A stretch of DNA of 64,000 bases from Eledone cirrhosa (taxonomy: Eukaryota). The notes beneath the pieces were generated by a model. The model did not search any database. It was not told the DNA's origin and was given only the letters and a program-made list of their open reading frames with translations. The DNA is taken from NCBI GenBank assembly GCA_964016885.1, contig OZ024740.1, forward strand, positions 164,672,001 to 164,736,000, read 5' to 3'. Both the position numbers and the translations under genes were made by a program. Below, piece after piece: positions 13,063 through 26,520 of this stretch. Positions within the stretch are counted from its first letter, which is position 1; each line of letters opens with the position of its first letter.

Positions 13063-14779
13063 CAAATATATATATATATATACACATTATATGAAAACCA
13101 CTGAATTTTTGTCACCGATCTCCGGTCATTACCCACTTACTCAATGAGATAATAAGTTCACATATTCATTAATTAGTGAGTAAGATGGAAAAAAAAATAT
13201 ATATTACAGCCGTAAATAAATGAGAACTATAGTATTCATTATATTATTTTGTTTTGTTAAAAAACTGAAGCTCCCTTTCGTTTAACTCAGAATTTCTCTT
13301 AGTGAAACAGTCCAATATATTTTGATTAAATCAACGCCAATCATGAACCGGTGTAGATGTAAGTAACTATGGCATCTCCAAATATGTATCGCTTTATGTC
13401 TATGTTAGAAATCGTCATTGGTACTTATTTTCTCAAATTCAGAGTAAAAAAATAATATGAAAGACAAAAATCGAGCCTAAGGGATTTGAACTCGGAAGGA
13501 AGTGATATGAAATACAATATTGTAATGCATTTCGCTATCTCCGATATTTCCCCTGTCTACTAGTCTTGAATGATTGCCAGGAAACGGAAGACAAATGTTT
13601 TCCAAGTATTTTCTCCAATTTCTTATTTTTCATAAAAATACGTTCGTTGATTGTAAATCATTTACTTTTCTGTATGAAAGAGAAGAGGAACGTGAATGTG
13701 AGTGCAACAGGCAAATCAAAAACAAGATGATACATCGCCATAACTTCTCCTCTTAGTCGGACGTCCATTTAATTGGGGTTGCATAGTTGGTCATAATTCT
13801 ATGGGATCTGCCAATGGTTGTCTATTGATGCGAAAATACTTGAATAGTTTATTTATTTATTTATTTGCAAATGTGATTTTAGACTATATAAATGATAAGT
13901 TTATTTCTATAGTCTCAAGGGTTATATATATTTTTTCTCGCATTACTGTATCTATGCTTATGTTTATATTCCAGTGTTTTTTTATTCAAGGCAACGAGAT
14001 GAGGATCCTTTGATGATATATACTTCTAGGAAATTTCCTTGTGGCAATCCTCTGTAACTAACAAACAAACCATCCAAATAATTAGCTAAGTAATCAAAGA
14101 AACAAAGAGCAAATTATTTATTGTTTTCAAAACGAGAAAAGAAATTACTTGGGTAAATATTCGAATTTAATGGTATCCATTAAACGATAAATACACCCAA
14201 AACTCAATTAAATATAATTTATTAACGTTAATGTTTTTCCTAATAGGATTAACAAAGAGTTTGTATCGAATATCAGAACCCCATTTCTGATTTAGCATGC
14301 CAGAAATGTCCTTCTACTTTAAAGCACGTAATTAACAAATATGGTGGACGTACCTGTGGAGTTTTAATTTAAATACAAATTCCTCAAAGAATGTAGTTTC
14401 TTTCTAAATTTGAACAAAAGCAATTGTCTCATGAATACGAAACTGCTCCCACGTCTTCTGGATTTGTATTTCCTATCTCATATTATATTCATGTGTATTC
14501 ATGACTATATAATGAATTTACGTCTTTGTAAATTTAAAACCGTCTGAATAGGAATGATGTCAAATGATCTTTGAAACGCTGCCGCTCCTTTTCAAAATTG
14601 TACACTAAACAAAATATCGACATACACGGACACACACAAACACACGCGCACACACACACATATATATTTATATATACGTTAAGACTCTATTCCTGTTCTT
14701 TCAAGCGGTAAATTTCGTCATTGTATTGTGCTGATTGCTTTGTTATTTCCTTTCACATACATAAATGCATACATACATA

Positions 14780-14903
<124 letters not shown>

Positions 14904-15061
14904 GTGATGGGGATCGATCAAATGAGTAAAACAGAAACATGTGGGGATGCGAGGGTGCGTTGCAATAGGCTTCATTTCACATTATTCATTATTATGCATT
15001 ATGAAAGTAAGAATTTATGATACTGAACAGCCACAAGGTTGAACATACATACATACATACA

Positions 15062-15635
15062 TGGTGGCTGCCAATTCGTTTTCGAGTACGGCCACTACTT
15101 TACATCCATGTAGGAGAACCCCTACCGATGCGCTGAACGAGTGACTTTTTAGTCCAGTCAGCGACTTGAAAACTCTGGCACAAACACTACACTTGTGACA
15201 ATTATTGACACATAGTGATGGGTCCATGGTACCATGTGACGACAAGTGCAGAGAGATCTCCAGATATAAAGCAATGCCTGTGCCATGAAGCTTTTATAGT
15301 GAGCAAAGGCACTGCACAAAGCCAGTCCCACTCTCTTAACCAAGAGGATATTTACCAAAAAGAAGAATAAGTCAACATCATTTGATACCATCAGGGTTGC
15401 AGGTGTTATATCAGAGTTTTCCTTCTCCTAGAATTCTGCCTTGACAAAGGCTAAGGAGTCATCTCTCCCGGTGATTTTGGATGGCCATTGACTCTTAAGA
15501 GCTCCTTTGCCCTTTGACAGGTTTTGTATTTAGTCCTGCAGGATGTCCAAAGTCACCCTCCTCACCAAGAAACCTTGGTGGGGTTGCCAGTTTAGTCGCC
15601 AACGACCCGACCATGAGACAGGTTGTACTGGGATA
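15062..15635 (-). mobile_element. Internally deleted RTE-type LINE derivative (5'UTR-like part joined to C-terminal zinc-finger end), in (CATA)n
   Basis: CSVCARVFKSLTGLKSH resembles the C-terminal C2H2-like motif of RTE ORFs. The upstream ggagaaggaaaactctgatataa block resembles RTE 5' UTRs. (CATA)n on both flanks. Confidence 0.55.
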
Positions 15636-15871
15636 CATGTTACATGTATACATACATACATACATACATACATACATACATACATACAACACACACACAT
15701 ATATATATATATATTATTTCAGGGATCTTGTTAAACATTAGCACGAAACGTTTTGTCAGTAAAAGAATAATGTTATATATCTTATTGATTGAGACAGTTG
15801 GCATATTAGTATCGATGTGTGAGCTGTGTGAATTTAGTGAATATTTATGAGTGATCACTTGTCTTAAATAT

Positions 15872-15971
<100 letters not shown>

Positions 15972-16004
15972 TATACATATATATATTAATACATATTTTT
16001 CTTA

Positions 16005-16260
16005 TTTTTCTTCTTCTACTTCTTCTTCTGTTCTGTTGGTGGGTCGAGTCCCAAACACGCCTTCTAGCAGTTCCTGTCAGAAGCATCCTGCTCCAATTAA
16101 TTTGGATGATTATTTAAGCGAGTCCAGTCGAGCTCATGATTGTTATCCAACCATCTTGTTCGGCGTCTATCCCTGGGTCTCCTGTCGGTATGTTTTGCGT
16201 GTAAAATCTGTCCAGCCTGTAAAATCTGGAACTAGCTGTTGAAATGGTAAGAGCAAAGCC
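16005..16260 (-). mobile_element. RTE LINE 3' end with (AGA)n tail
   Basis: An rc frame reads RRPRDRRRTRWLD (the RTE GRP..RW.D motif); ends in AGA repeats. Confidence 0.65.
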
Positions 16261-16277
16261 ATCGGGTGCAAATTTTC

Positions 16278-16325
<48 letters not shown>

Positions 16326-16331
<6 letters not shown>

Positions 16332-16520
16332 ATTTGCCACAAGGGCGCACAAGAAAAGGGGACAATACAAAGACATATGGCGGGGAATTTACATACAGTC
16401 GTGTAAAAAAAAAGGTTTTAACATGAAAATATAACAATCGAAATCCCCAATAGGGCGGAGGCGTTACAAATGGGCTGCTTTATACTCCTTTGATAGAACA
16501 ACCCTCAACTCCAGGAGCAT
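16326..16520 (-). repeat. Probable LINE 3'-UTR fragment (related pieces ~23385-23445 and ~63300-63430)
   Basis: rc ends ...ccttgtggcaAATAAAgg-(TA)n; a similar terminal block recurs. Confidence 0.45.
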
Positions 16521-16652
16521 AAAATGTCAGGACCCCGATGGCTGAACACCGGCTGTTTCGACAGTTAGATCCGAGTTCGTATTACTACCCAAAGTATCGA
16601 GTACTCTGGTGAGTTATGGTCCACCTGGTATCTGACCACACCCTCCCTGTTA
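16520..16652 (-). mobile_element. Family X PLE-terminus, diverged copy
   Basis: aggaccccgatggctga...gtttcgac followed by an inverted gagtactctggtg..atggtccacctgg. Confidence 0.7.
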
Positions 16653-16653
16653 T

Positions 16654-16684
<31 letters not shown>

Positions 16685-16711
16685 CACACACACACATATA
16701 TATATATATAT

Positions 16712-16744
<33 letters not shown>

Positions 16745-17731
16745 CACACACATATATATCGCACACACTCACACACACATACACAGTATACATTTTCTCA
16801 AGCCAGTTCTACCTGCCTTGTATTACATTTTGGTAAGTATAATGGAATGTTTAGATATATCCTATTATTTATCGCCGTCGTTTTATTAGACATTCTCTAT
16901 TTTAAGTATACTACAATGAAAATAGTAATGTTTATAGTATATCACTGGAGATTAGATCTAATAACATATAGCAAAAACTGCTATTGCTTCGTCGTAATTA
17001 TGAGACCACAAATCATAACGTGTGACTTATGTAGTTTCCGTATCCCTCCACCACTCTTGTTTAAATTCGACCTTTATCTTGACCAGTGATCTTTCCAGTC
17101 TAACTAAATAATTAGACGCTTTAGTTTTATATATCCCTTCCTTTTTTATTTTATAAGTATAGCGTCATTTGTTTCAGGGCTTGCATTTCTCATTTTTCAA
17201 CTTCAACTAGGAAACGTTTATTGTGGAGTTCAAAGACTCTCGGAGAAAATATTTGATAGAATTCATAAACCACAGCTAACTCATGAGGAAATTATTATCA
17301 AATTAATCTCATAATTAATTCCATTTAATATATCTTTAAAAACAAAATCAAAAACAAAAAGAAACAACAGCATTCTTTAGCACTGCTATATATATATATA
17401 TAAAATTATATATATATTATCTAAGTACTTTTCTGTCTGTATAGCAAATCGTTTTCAATAAATTTTCTGCAATTACAACGTCATCATTCCTTTGAACTTC
17501 AACTATTTAGGGTCATTTAAAAAGATGGATGAGTAAAATGTTTAGAGGTAATGTCAGTAGAAAAAGGAGATGGGAAACGGAAGAGTGTTTGTATATCAAT
17601 CAATTTTCTTACAGAAATGGAAACAAAGCGATGAGGAAATATAGACCTATACTACCAAAAGCATGATCGACTCGATGCACAGGAAATATATATATATATA
17701 TATATACATGTACACACACACACACACACAG

Positions 17732-17812
<81 letters not shown>

Positions 17813-18001
17813 CACACACACATATATATATATATATATGAGTAAGTATGTTTTGAAACAGTGAGCAGGGGTTTGAAATTAGAATAGATTTCAGCGTATT
17901 ATTTGACTAAAGAAATTTTAGCCTGATAGTGGTGTTTAGAACCCTCAGATAAATGGAAAAAGATGAGTATTGATGTACATGGGAGTCGAACCCACATCTT
18001 T

Positions 18002-18051
<50 letters not shown>

Positions 18052-18207
18052 GATACATGTACACACACATATATATATATGTGTGTTTCTTATTGGCAAC
18101 ATGACCCTCCCAAAGTATAACAATATCGGTTTCAACACACGATTTCAGATAAAGAATCTTGCTAAACAAATTCAGAAACGAAATATATATATATATATAT
18201 ATATTTA

Positions 18208-18430
18208 AAAGAATAGAGGTGTAACACACAAGTTATGATATATTGGTAAACGGAAAAGAAAATGCTGAGAAATTGCTCACAGTGAAAAATAGTTTAATTA
18301 GGAATAAGTGAGAATTAGTAATAGTATTGGTTAGTATTCAGTTTTGGTTTTAAGTTTTACCGGTTGCGCATTTCTAATGCTTTTCAAAAATAATTTTGAG
18401 ATAGAGCGTCCGTGATGTTTGCTCTAATCT
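18208..18430 (-). mobile_element. TA-flanked non-coding element, same family as 39116-39598
   Basis: High identity to the 39116-39304 arm; flanked by (TA)n. Confidence 0.8.
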
Positions 18431-18433
18431 GTG

Positions 18434-18502
<69 letters not shown>

Positions 18503-18867
18503 CCATTCTGCTCTGATGATACAGTGGTCACAGCATTTGATAATTAAGTTTTGTAAATAGTTATAAATTTGTACATAGCATAAATAGGCTGTATAACAAC
18601 CGTGGAAACATTTGTAAGCACACAAAATAAATTACCTTTTCATGATGTCTACCTGTTATTATTCATTCTTTATATATATATAATAAACGTATGTGTTCCT
18701 ACATGTAATTAATACACACAGGATACAAGTATAGTCCGACCATATGCAAGTGTGGTTCAATGGCAAGTTAATAAATTAACAAGCCAGAACATATAAAATC
18801 AAAGGAAAGCAAATAAAGAAAAACATTTTAAATAAATTTTAAATTATTCACTGTCCTTACTATATGT

Positions 18868-18942
18868 GCCTTTACCGCGGTTTCAAATCCCAAACGAATA
18901 GATAATCCAGGCGGATTTCCATTGAGAAGGGGATTATCGTCA
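18868..18942 (-). ncRNA. Truncated HHR (inverted copy)
   Basis: rc: TGACGA-taatccc...gggattt-GAAAC-CGCG-GTA-aaggc. Lacks C3 and the 5' strand of helix I. Confidence 0.6.
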
Positions 18943-19049
18943 TACCAAAAACTGCTTTATCATTCATCTACTCTCATTCTGAAGCAGTTAGGAATGGCGC
19001 CAGTTTGAAATTTTTAACTCGGGAATTTTATATTCCCCGGGAGAGAAAT

Positions 19050-19130
19050 GCCTTCTGACGATAATCCCATTCTCAATGGAAATCCGCCTGGATTATCTAT
19101 TCGTTTGCGATTTGAAACCACGGTAAAGGG
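19050..19130 (+). ncRNA. Type I HHR (unit 1)
   Basis: gcctt-CTGACGA-taatcc...gattt-GAAAC-CACG-GTA-aagg. Confidence 0.8.
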
Positions 19131-19527
19131 ACATATAGTAAGTACAGTGAATTTTTTAAAATTTATTTAAAAATTTTTTCTTTATTTGTTTTCCCTTGAT
19201 TTTATATGTTCTGGCTTGTTATTTTATTAACTTGCTATTGAACCACACTGGTATATGGTCGGACTATATTTGTATCCCTGTGTGTATTAATTACATGTAG
19301 GAACAAATTATTATTATTCTCCCCAATGGTAGAGAAAACAATAGTCGTCTGAATGGCTGCTATTTTTAGCAGTAGAGGATTGACTTGTCCAGCGTGCTCT
19401 CGCCTTTGCACACGGTACCATACCAAAAACTGCTTTACAATTCATCTACTCTCATTCTGGGGCAGTTTGGAATGGCGACAGTTTGAAATTTCTAACTCAG
19501 GAATTTTATATTCTCCGGTAGAGAAAT

Positions 19528-19608
19528 GCCTTCTGACGATAATCCCCTTCTCAATGTAAGTCCGCCTGGATTATCTATTCGTTTGGGATTTGAAACCGCG
19601 GTAAAAGC
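19528..19608 (+). ncRNA. Type I HHR (unit 2)
   Basis: gcctt-CTGACGA-t-aatccc...gggatt-t-GAAAC-CGCG-GTA-aaagc. Palindromic helix III ACCGCGGT. Confidence 0.82.
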
Positions 19609-19789
19609 ACATATACTAAGTACAGTGAATTTAAAAAAATGTATTTAAACATTTTTTCTTTATTTGCTTTCCCTTGATTTTATATATATATATATATATA
19701 TACACATGTGTGTGTGGGGGTTTTTCAGCGTGTATCAGTGCCGGTGGGTGGATTTATACATTCAAACATATATATATATATATATATAT

Positions 19790-22700
19790 ATAACGAAGGA
19801 AATGTGGTAAGGAACCAGATGGACCATAACGCACCAAAGTATCAATACTTAGGGTAGTAGAGTGGGTAATAGGAAAGAGTAGGTCCCCGACGGCTGAGCT
19901 CAAGCCATTTCGACGGCTAATTCTGGACTAAATGAAAAGTTTTATCCTGGTATATGAATAGCCAAGCTTCTCAGGGGGTAATTCCATATATGGTAAAAGT
20001 GATTGTCACAAGGATTGGTCAAAAGTTTGTTGTTGAGACACATAATTCTATCATGGCAATTTGTGGGAAGGGGTAGCTGAACCTGCCAGTAGAAGAAGGA
20101 GGGAGAGGGGGTGGAGGAAACCCAGTCGTGCGTTGATAGTGCCAACTACAGCAGGGCAGGAGGTCAAGGAAGTATACTAGGGAGGGGGAGGGGGGGAGTC
20201 GAAACAATAATTAAAACAATATGGGGTAAATATATAGAAGAATACCAAGAATGTTAAAAAAACAATTAAATATAAAAAAAACAAAACACAATTTCTGGTT
20301 ACTATTCCCTAACGACAGCTATCAAGTCTCTCACTGGTACTGCTAGACTATAGAAAAGTTTACTAGGTGGGACGGAATTATAATGAGACTCTTTTAAGAG
20401 GTAGTAGTAATCAACCGAGTATATCTTACGGTGACGGGTCAACAAGTGTGTGTGTGTGGGGGGGGGGGGCAATATAATAAAGAAACTACCACGATAATAA
20501 TTCAGAGTCCCGAGACTAATACGAAATAATTGTTTCTACCCTAGGCACAAGGCCAGCAACCACCCAGTACAAAAAATAAACTAATACGAAATAATAATTC
20601 AGAATCCCGAAAAAGAATACTAATACTATCTCTAAGGGTGCCGCTACGATACAAAAATTCTAGTGCAAATTACATAAATGCTCGTACGAAGTATATGAAA
20701 AATTTGATACGGAAAATTAATTCAGAATCCCCAACACCTCCCACCCCTAAACCCCCCAAAAAAATTAATACTGATATACGAGAAATTAAAGCAAATATAC
20801 CACTAAGAAATGTAGAAAGGACGGAAAAGGGGCAGCCATCGGATAAGAAAGCAAGTATCCGGGGTCTATCACATCTGCTATAAAAAGCGGAGTTGGCCAA
20901 TTCTATCATAGAATAGGGCAAGAGGGTGGGGGTACTGAGGCTCCAAAGGACCGAGGGGCTGCCTCGGGTGGGCGAGAAAGGGAAAAGGACGACGACAAAG
21001 AAAGAGGACTGGGTGTAAAAACTAGGAAGGGATGGGGTGAAAAGGAAATATAGAGGAAGCGATAAAAAGATATAAAAGAAGATCTTACGTCTACCCTTGC
21101 AAGCAGGGGTTACCCATTACAAAGTTAGCAAGTGGGTTTTACAGCCCTTGTCTACCCCCCGGGTCATTATGGGGTTTGAGGGCGAGGTAAGTCCTACGCA
21201 ATCTGTGTTTGCATGCAGTTACCAGTTCGTCTTTCTTGTTTAGGAGTTGGTCCGTAGAAAACAGCATTTGTAAAGTTTCCTCCGAGCATAAATTGCACAG
21301 ACGGCGTCCTCCCGTGTAAGAGTTGTTCTCTGGACAGTAAGCTCCAAGTGAGATCATAGGTAATGTTGTTATCCTTCAGGTCCCAGATGTGGCCCGAAAG
21401 TGTGGTGGCGTGACGCCGGGCCGGGTTTCGGAAGGTATGTCTGTGTTGGTATAGCCGGGTCTTGAAGTCACATGCGGTTAATCCTATATAAGCTTTGTTG
21501 GAGGTGTCCGTCCTCACGTTGCACTGGTAGATCACATTACGATCTCTGCATCTGGATCCATCAGGACAGTTGCACTTCCTGGTCAGCTCTCCACTGCTAT
21601 TTAGGTTATTTCTTCCATAGGGGTTGCGTTTTTTGTTGTTAGAGGAGACGATGTTTTGTGCAAAGTTTGGTGTGGTGCTGTAGGAGAGTTTGATGGTATT
21701 TTTGTTAATTATATTGTGGTAGCGGTGTTGTAGTTGGAAGTGTTTTTCGATGAGCCTAAAGAAGATTTTCCCGTAAGGAGTTGTCACCTCGGCGTTGTGG
21801 GATGGATTGAACCATGTTACATTGCGTGAGCGGCGGTGTCGCCTGCTGGTTCCGCTAATGGAAGCTGGACAGTAGGATATTTCCTCCCGGAAACCACTCC
21901 GCTTGAGGGCCTGGTTGTAATAAGGCGCATGTTCCTCGAATATCCGCTCATTAGGGGACAAACGAGATATGCGGAGGGAGATGTTTTTAATCAGTTTATT
22001 GGTGATGTTCCTAGAATAGTTTGACCGGCGGTGGATGTAGTGCAGATCTTCTTTTATATCTTTTTATCGCTTCCTCTATATTTCCTTTTTCCCCCCATCC
22101 CTTCCTAGTCCTTCCACCCCAGTCCTCTTTCTTTGTCGTCGTCCTTTTCCCTTTCTCACCCACCCGAGGCAGCCCCTCGGTCCTTTGGAGCCTCAGTACC
22201 CCCACCCTCTTGCCCTATTCTATGATAGAATTGGCCGACTCCGCTTTTTATAGCAGATGTGATAGACCCCGGATACTTGCTTTCTTATCCGATGGCTGCC
22301 CCTTTTCCGTCCTTTCTACATTTCTTAGTGGTATCTTTGCTTTAATTTCTGGGGGGGGGGGGGGGGGGGTTAGAGGCGGGAGGTGTTGGGGATTCTGAAT
22401 TAATTTTCCGTATCAAATTTTTCATATACTTCGTACGAGCATTTATGTAGTTTGCACTAGAATTTTTGTATCGTAGCGGCACCCTTAGAGATAGTATTAG
22501 TATTATTTTTCGGGATTCTGAATTATTATTTCGTATTAGTTTATTTTTTGTACTGGGTGGTTGCTGGCCTTGTGCCTAGGGTTGAAACAATTATTTCGTA
22601 TTAGTCTCGGGACTCTGAATTATTATTTCGTGGTAGTTTCTTTAGTATTTTGGCCCTCCCCCACTTGTTGACCCGTCACCGTAAGATATACTCGGTTGAT

Positions 22701-23235
22701 TACTACTACCTCTTAAAAGAGTCTCATTATAATTCCGTCCCACCTAGTAAACTTTTCTATAGTCTAGCAGTACCAGTGAGAGACTTGATGGCTGCCGTTA
22801 GGGAATAGTAACCAGAAATTCTGTTTTGTTTTTTTTATATTTAATTGTTTTTTTAACATTCTTGGTATTCTTCTATATATTTACCCCATATTGTTTTACT
22901 TATTGTTTCGACTCCCCCCCCCTCCCTAGTATACTTCCTTGACCTCCTGCCCTGCTGTAGTTGGCACTATCAACGCACGACTGGGTTTCCTCCACCCCCT
23001 CTCCCTCCTTCTTCTACTGGCAGGTTCAGCTACCCCTTCTTTCCACAAATTGCCATGATAGAATTATATGTCTCAACAACAAACTTTTGACCAATCCTCG
23101 TGACAATCACTTTTACCATATATGGAAATACCCCCTGAGAAGCTCGGCTATTCATATACCACAATAACAATTTTCATTTAGTCCAGAATTAGCCGTCGAA
23201 ACGGCTTGAGATCAGCCGTCGGGGTCCTACTCATT

Positions 23236-23240
<5 letters not shown>
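19790..23240 (-). mobile_element. 5'-truncated Penelope-like element (Naiad-like) with inverted ~1.2-kb pseudo-LTR arms
   Basis: Arms 19868-21085 and 22044-23240 are reverse complements and enclose an RT-thumb/GIY-YIG coding remnant. Both ends lie in (TA)n. Confidence 0.9.
21139..22020 (-). pseudogene. PLE ORF remnant: RT C-terminus/linker plus GIY-YIG endonuclease (frameshifted)
   Basis: YNQALKRSGF, VTWFNP, TIKLSYS, CNC..C, NVIYQC..YIGLT..FKTR..QH, TLS..IWDLK; then CNLCSEE..LLNKKDEL..CKH in a second frame. Confidence 0.9.
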
Positions 23241-23324
<84 letters not shown>

Positions 23325-23819
23325 TGTGTGTATGTATGCATCTATGAATTATTGGTAATAATTTTTTCATTCCAAAATCTCTACTGCTTTTGTACCTTGT
23401 CTTTTTTCGGTATCCTGTATTTGTGACCTCCGTGGCAAATATAAGTTCCCATAATTATAAGGTCCTGATTTCGAATCCCAACGAGATACTTTTTGTCCTT
23501 CACACTTTTTGTGTCAATATAATAAACCACCAGTTATCGGTTTAATATAATAGAATGTTCCTTCCCCTTTGTGTCTAAAATAGTAACCATTATTGTGATA
23601 TTTTAGACACAAAGAGGATATCAAATCGGCAAAGAGGCAAATAAAATAACTTAAGTTAAGGTGCAGCCCTTTACTTTCTGAATCCATAGCCTGATGATGC
23701 CAACGATAAATTTACTCCTTTTGAGTTTGATAAGAGAAATTTCTGTTGAAATACTGAAGTCGACTTAATTGACTTGCTTCCTCCTTCATTAAAAAATTAT
23801 GGCCTTTTGTCTATGTAAG

Positions 23820-24190
23820 AAATTATAAGAGAGCGGTAGATTACTAAAGTCATTAGGGAGTCGGAAAAATATCTCGTGGTATTATTTGGTGCCCGTTCCT
23901 TACATTCTGGTTTCAAATCCCACCAAGGTGCATCTTCACCTTTCATCCTTTCGGGGTCTATAAAATAAAGATTCAGTAAAGTATTAATGTTGATATAATC
24001 GACTTTCCCCTTCAATTCAAAATTGTTGCCTTTGTAACGAAATCAGTGGTAGATTAGTGGAATCATTAGAGCTTCGGACAAAATGCTTTGCGGTATTTGT
24101 TCTTGTAATTTATGTTCAGACTTGAAATATCCATCAAGGTAAACTTTGCTTTTCATTCTTCTGGAGTCGATAAATAGAGTTCCAGTTATA
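23820..24190 (+). mobile_element. Two diverged SINE copies
   Basis: cctttcatcctttcggggtctataaaataaag and tttgcttttcattcttctggagtcgataaa cores. Confidence 0.65.
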
Positions 24191-25518
24191 GCAGTAGCAT
24201 CAGTGGCAACAACAACTACAACATCAGCTGTATTAAGAAAAACAGCAATAGCTAGAGCAACAGGGACAAACACATCTACAAAAACCACAGACGGAGACGA
24301 CTATAGCTACAAGACTTGGAAGAATAATGATTTCTAGTAAGAAATCTAATGATTTCTAGTATAAGACTTGGAAGAATAATAATAACAAGAGCAACTCGAC
24401 AAGAACTCGGTAGTTGTTAATCCGCTGAGATTTTTTATTCGTATAGTATCTACCAACACAGGGTGTGAGTCTACTAGGCTACTGCTATTGTAGATACTTC
24501 TGTGTCTATATGTTTATTGTGTTAGTCTGCGATATGTGGGAAAAGTAAGGATTTTAGGAACTGTAGTAGAAAGAATCCTTTACAACAACTTCGGATTGTC
24601 AAAGCTTTGTAAGTGCAATCACAAGGGATGTTTTGCCGAAGTTGGAAGTGAACAAATTCATCGCCTGGGGTAAAAATAAAACTTGACGCATGTGCACCAT
24701 TAGTGGATACTAGTCTATCACGAACATTCGGACCAGCTCTCCTGTACGAAGATAACGTGATATCTTCGTAGGCTGTTTCGAAATAAAGCATACAACTGAA
24801 CTTGGTTTCCCCCTTTTGCCTCGTTATCAGTATCGGAAATTCAGAGTAAACCATAAAGATATTTTCAGAAAATGAAGCCTTTAATGAGCCGATAATGCAA
24901 TGTATTTTCAAATCTTCATTTCAAGGCATATAATTACTCCCATTCAGCTATTGTGTGTGTCGAAAACAAAGATATTCTATTGGACTCATCCTATTGATAT
25001 ATAACAACTCTTCCCCTACACGGTTTCTTTGGCTAATGAAACAGAAACAAATATTTATACTCATCTCTCCTCCCAGTTTTTCCTTATTTCTTTTCTTTTC
25101 ACTCCACATTATTCATCTCTTACTTTCATTCGTTATTCTTTCATTTCCAATGTCATGTTGATTGATAATATCAATTAATGAGTTCTACACAGAAGGATCA
25201 GAGGTTAAAGTCTAAATATCAACTTCTGTTTTAAATGCGTTAATCCCCGTTGGTTTCATTTGAAATGTTTAACTTCCTTCCTGTCCGCTATTTTTTTTTT
25301 CATCGAGGAGATAATTGCTTTTCTAACACTGCTGGCCGACGACGATTGAATGCTCAGTAAATATCTTCTTATAATAACTCTCCCTCACTTCCACCTCTCT
25401 CTCTCTGTGTTTCTCGCTCCCTTTGTATCTCACCTCTTTTCTACTTCATCGCATTTTCTCAAGCTTTGTATAACTTCAAATACATACAAAACACCAACAC
25501 ACACACACACACACATAC

Positions 25519-25579
<61 letters not shown>

Positions 25580-26047
25580 TATATACATATACATATATAT
25601 AGTCACACACACAGACACACACACACATACATACACGCGCACATATATATATATGCATAAATGCGTGTGTGTGTGTGTTAAATAACTGTGTATACTTAAT
25701 TATATGGTCTAATTATTATTTCTTCCTTAGGCATCAGGCCAAATTTTTGGAAAGAGAGAGAAAGAGCATGTGTGTATGTGCGAGAGAGGGGGGGGCGAGA
25801 GAGAGGGGGGGGGAGAGAGAGAAGGAGAAAGAGATAGATAGATAGATAGATAGATAGAGAGTGAGAGAGAGAGAGAGAGAGAAAATATAATTGATTGAAT
25901 CCATATATTACTACCGAGTGTGATTTGTTTTAAGCACCCCAGGGGGATATACAGTGATGTGAACTCCGACAGAATGTGAACTCGGAGCCGAGAGGGTGGA
26001 AACTAATTATTGCCATTATTTCCGGTGAGATCAGGAACGAATACCAA

Positions 26048-26150
26048 GTGGATAAGTAAGCAGTAGATCACTAACCGAAAGGTTACAGGTTCGTATATTC
26101 TCACTGGCACTATACTGTGACTGTTACTGAGTACGGCACTTAAATCTCGA
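26048..26150 (+). mobile_element. tRNA-derived head of a second SINE type (decayed)
   Basis: tggataag...cactaaccgaaaggttacaggttcg: A/B-box-like spacing, no acceptor stem. Confidence 0.4.
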
Positions 26151-26520
26151 TGATTGATTTCACCTGGTACTCTGTAGATATATTCAGGTAATCTATAGTC
26201 TGTCTTGTTTGAAGAGGCTCAACTGCCAGGAGGTTATTTCAGTTTACTGAAACGTTCAGCGATTTAGAGTACACATTTCACCTGTTTGAACTGAACGCTT
26301 CTGTTACCTTTGTTCAGCTGAGTGTACAGAATCAATGTTAAATGAAGCGCCGTAATCAATGATTTGAAATGATAAGAGCCAATAATGTTGCGATCCGGAG
26401 CCAAATACGTCAACCACTAGAATGCAAGTTTTTACTAGATATTGAGAGGGATGTAGCTGGAGTATAATTCTTAGAAGTAGTTGATTATATTCACCACAGT
26501 ACATTACAAAGACATTATTT

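Larger units (their letters stand above)
18697..19685. mobile_element. Retrozyme-like element: inverted partial copy plus head-to-tail 478-bp repeat
   Basis: Inverted segment 18697-18942; direct units from ~18941 and ~19419; ends in (TA)n. Confidence 0.9.

Noticed and set aside
23696-23702. Isolated CTGATGA
   Set aside because: No downstream GAAA/NUH; lies in decayed SINE-like sequence.
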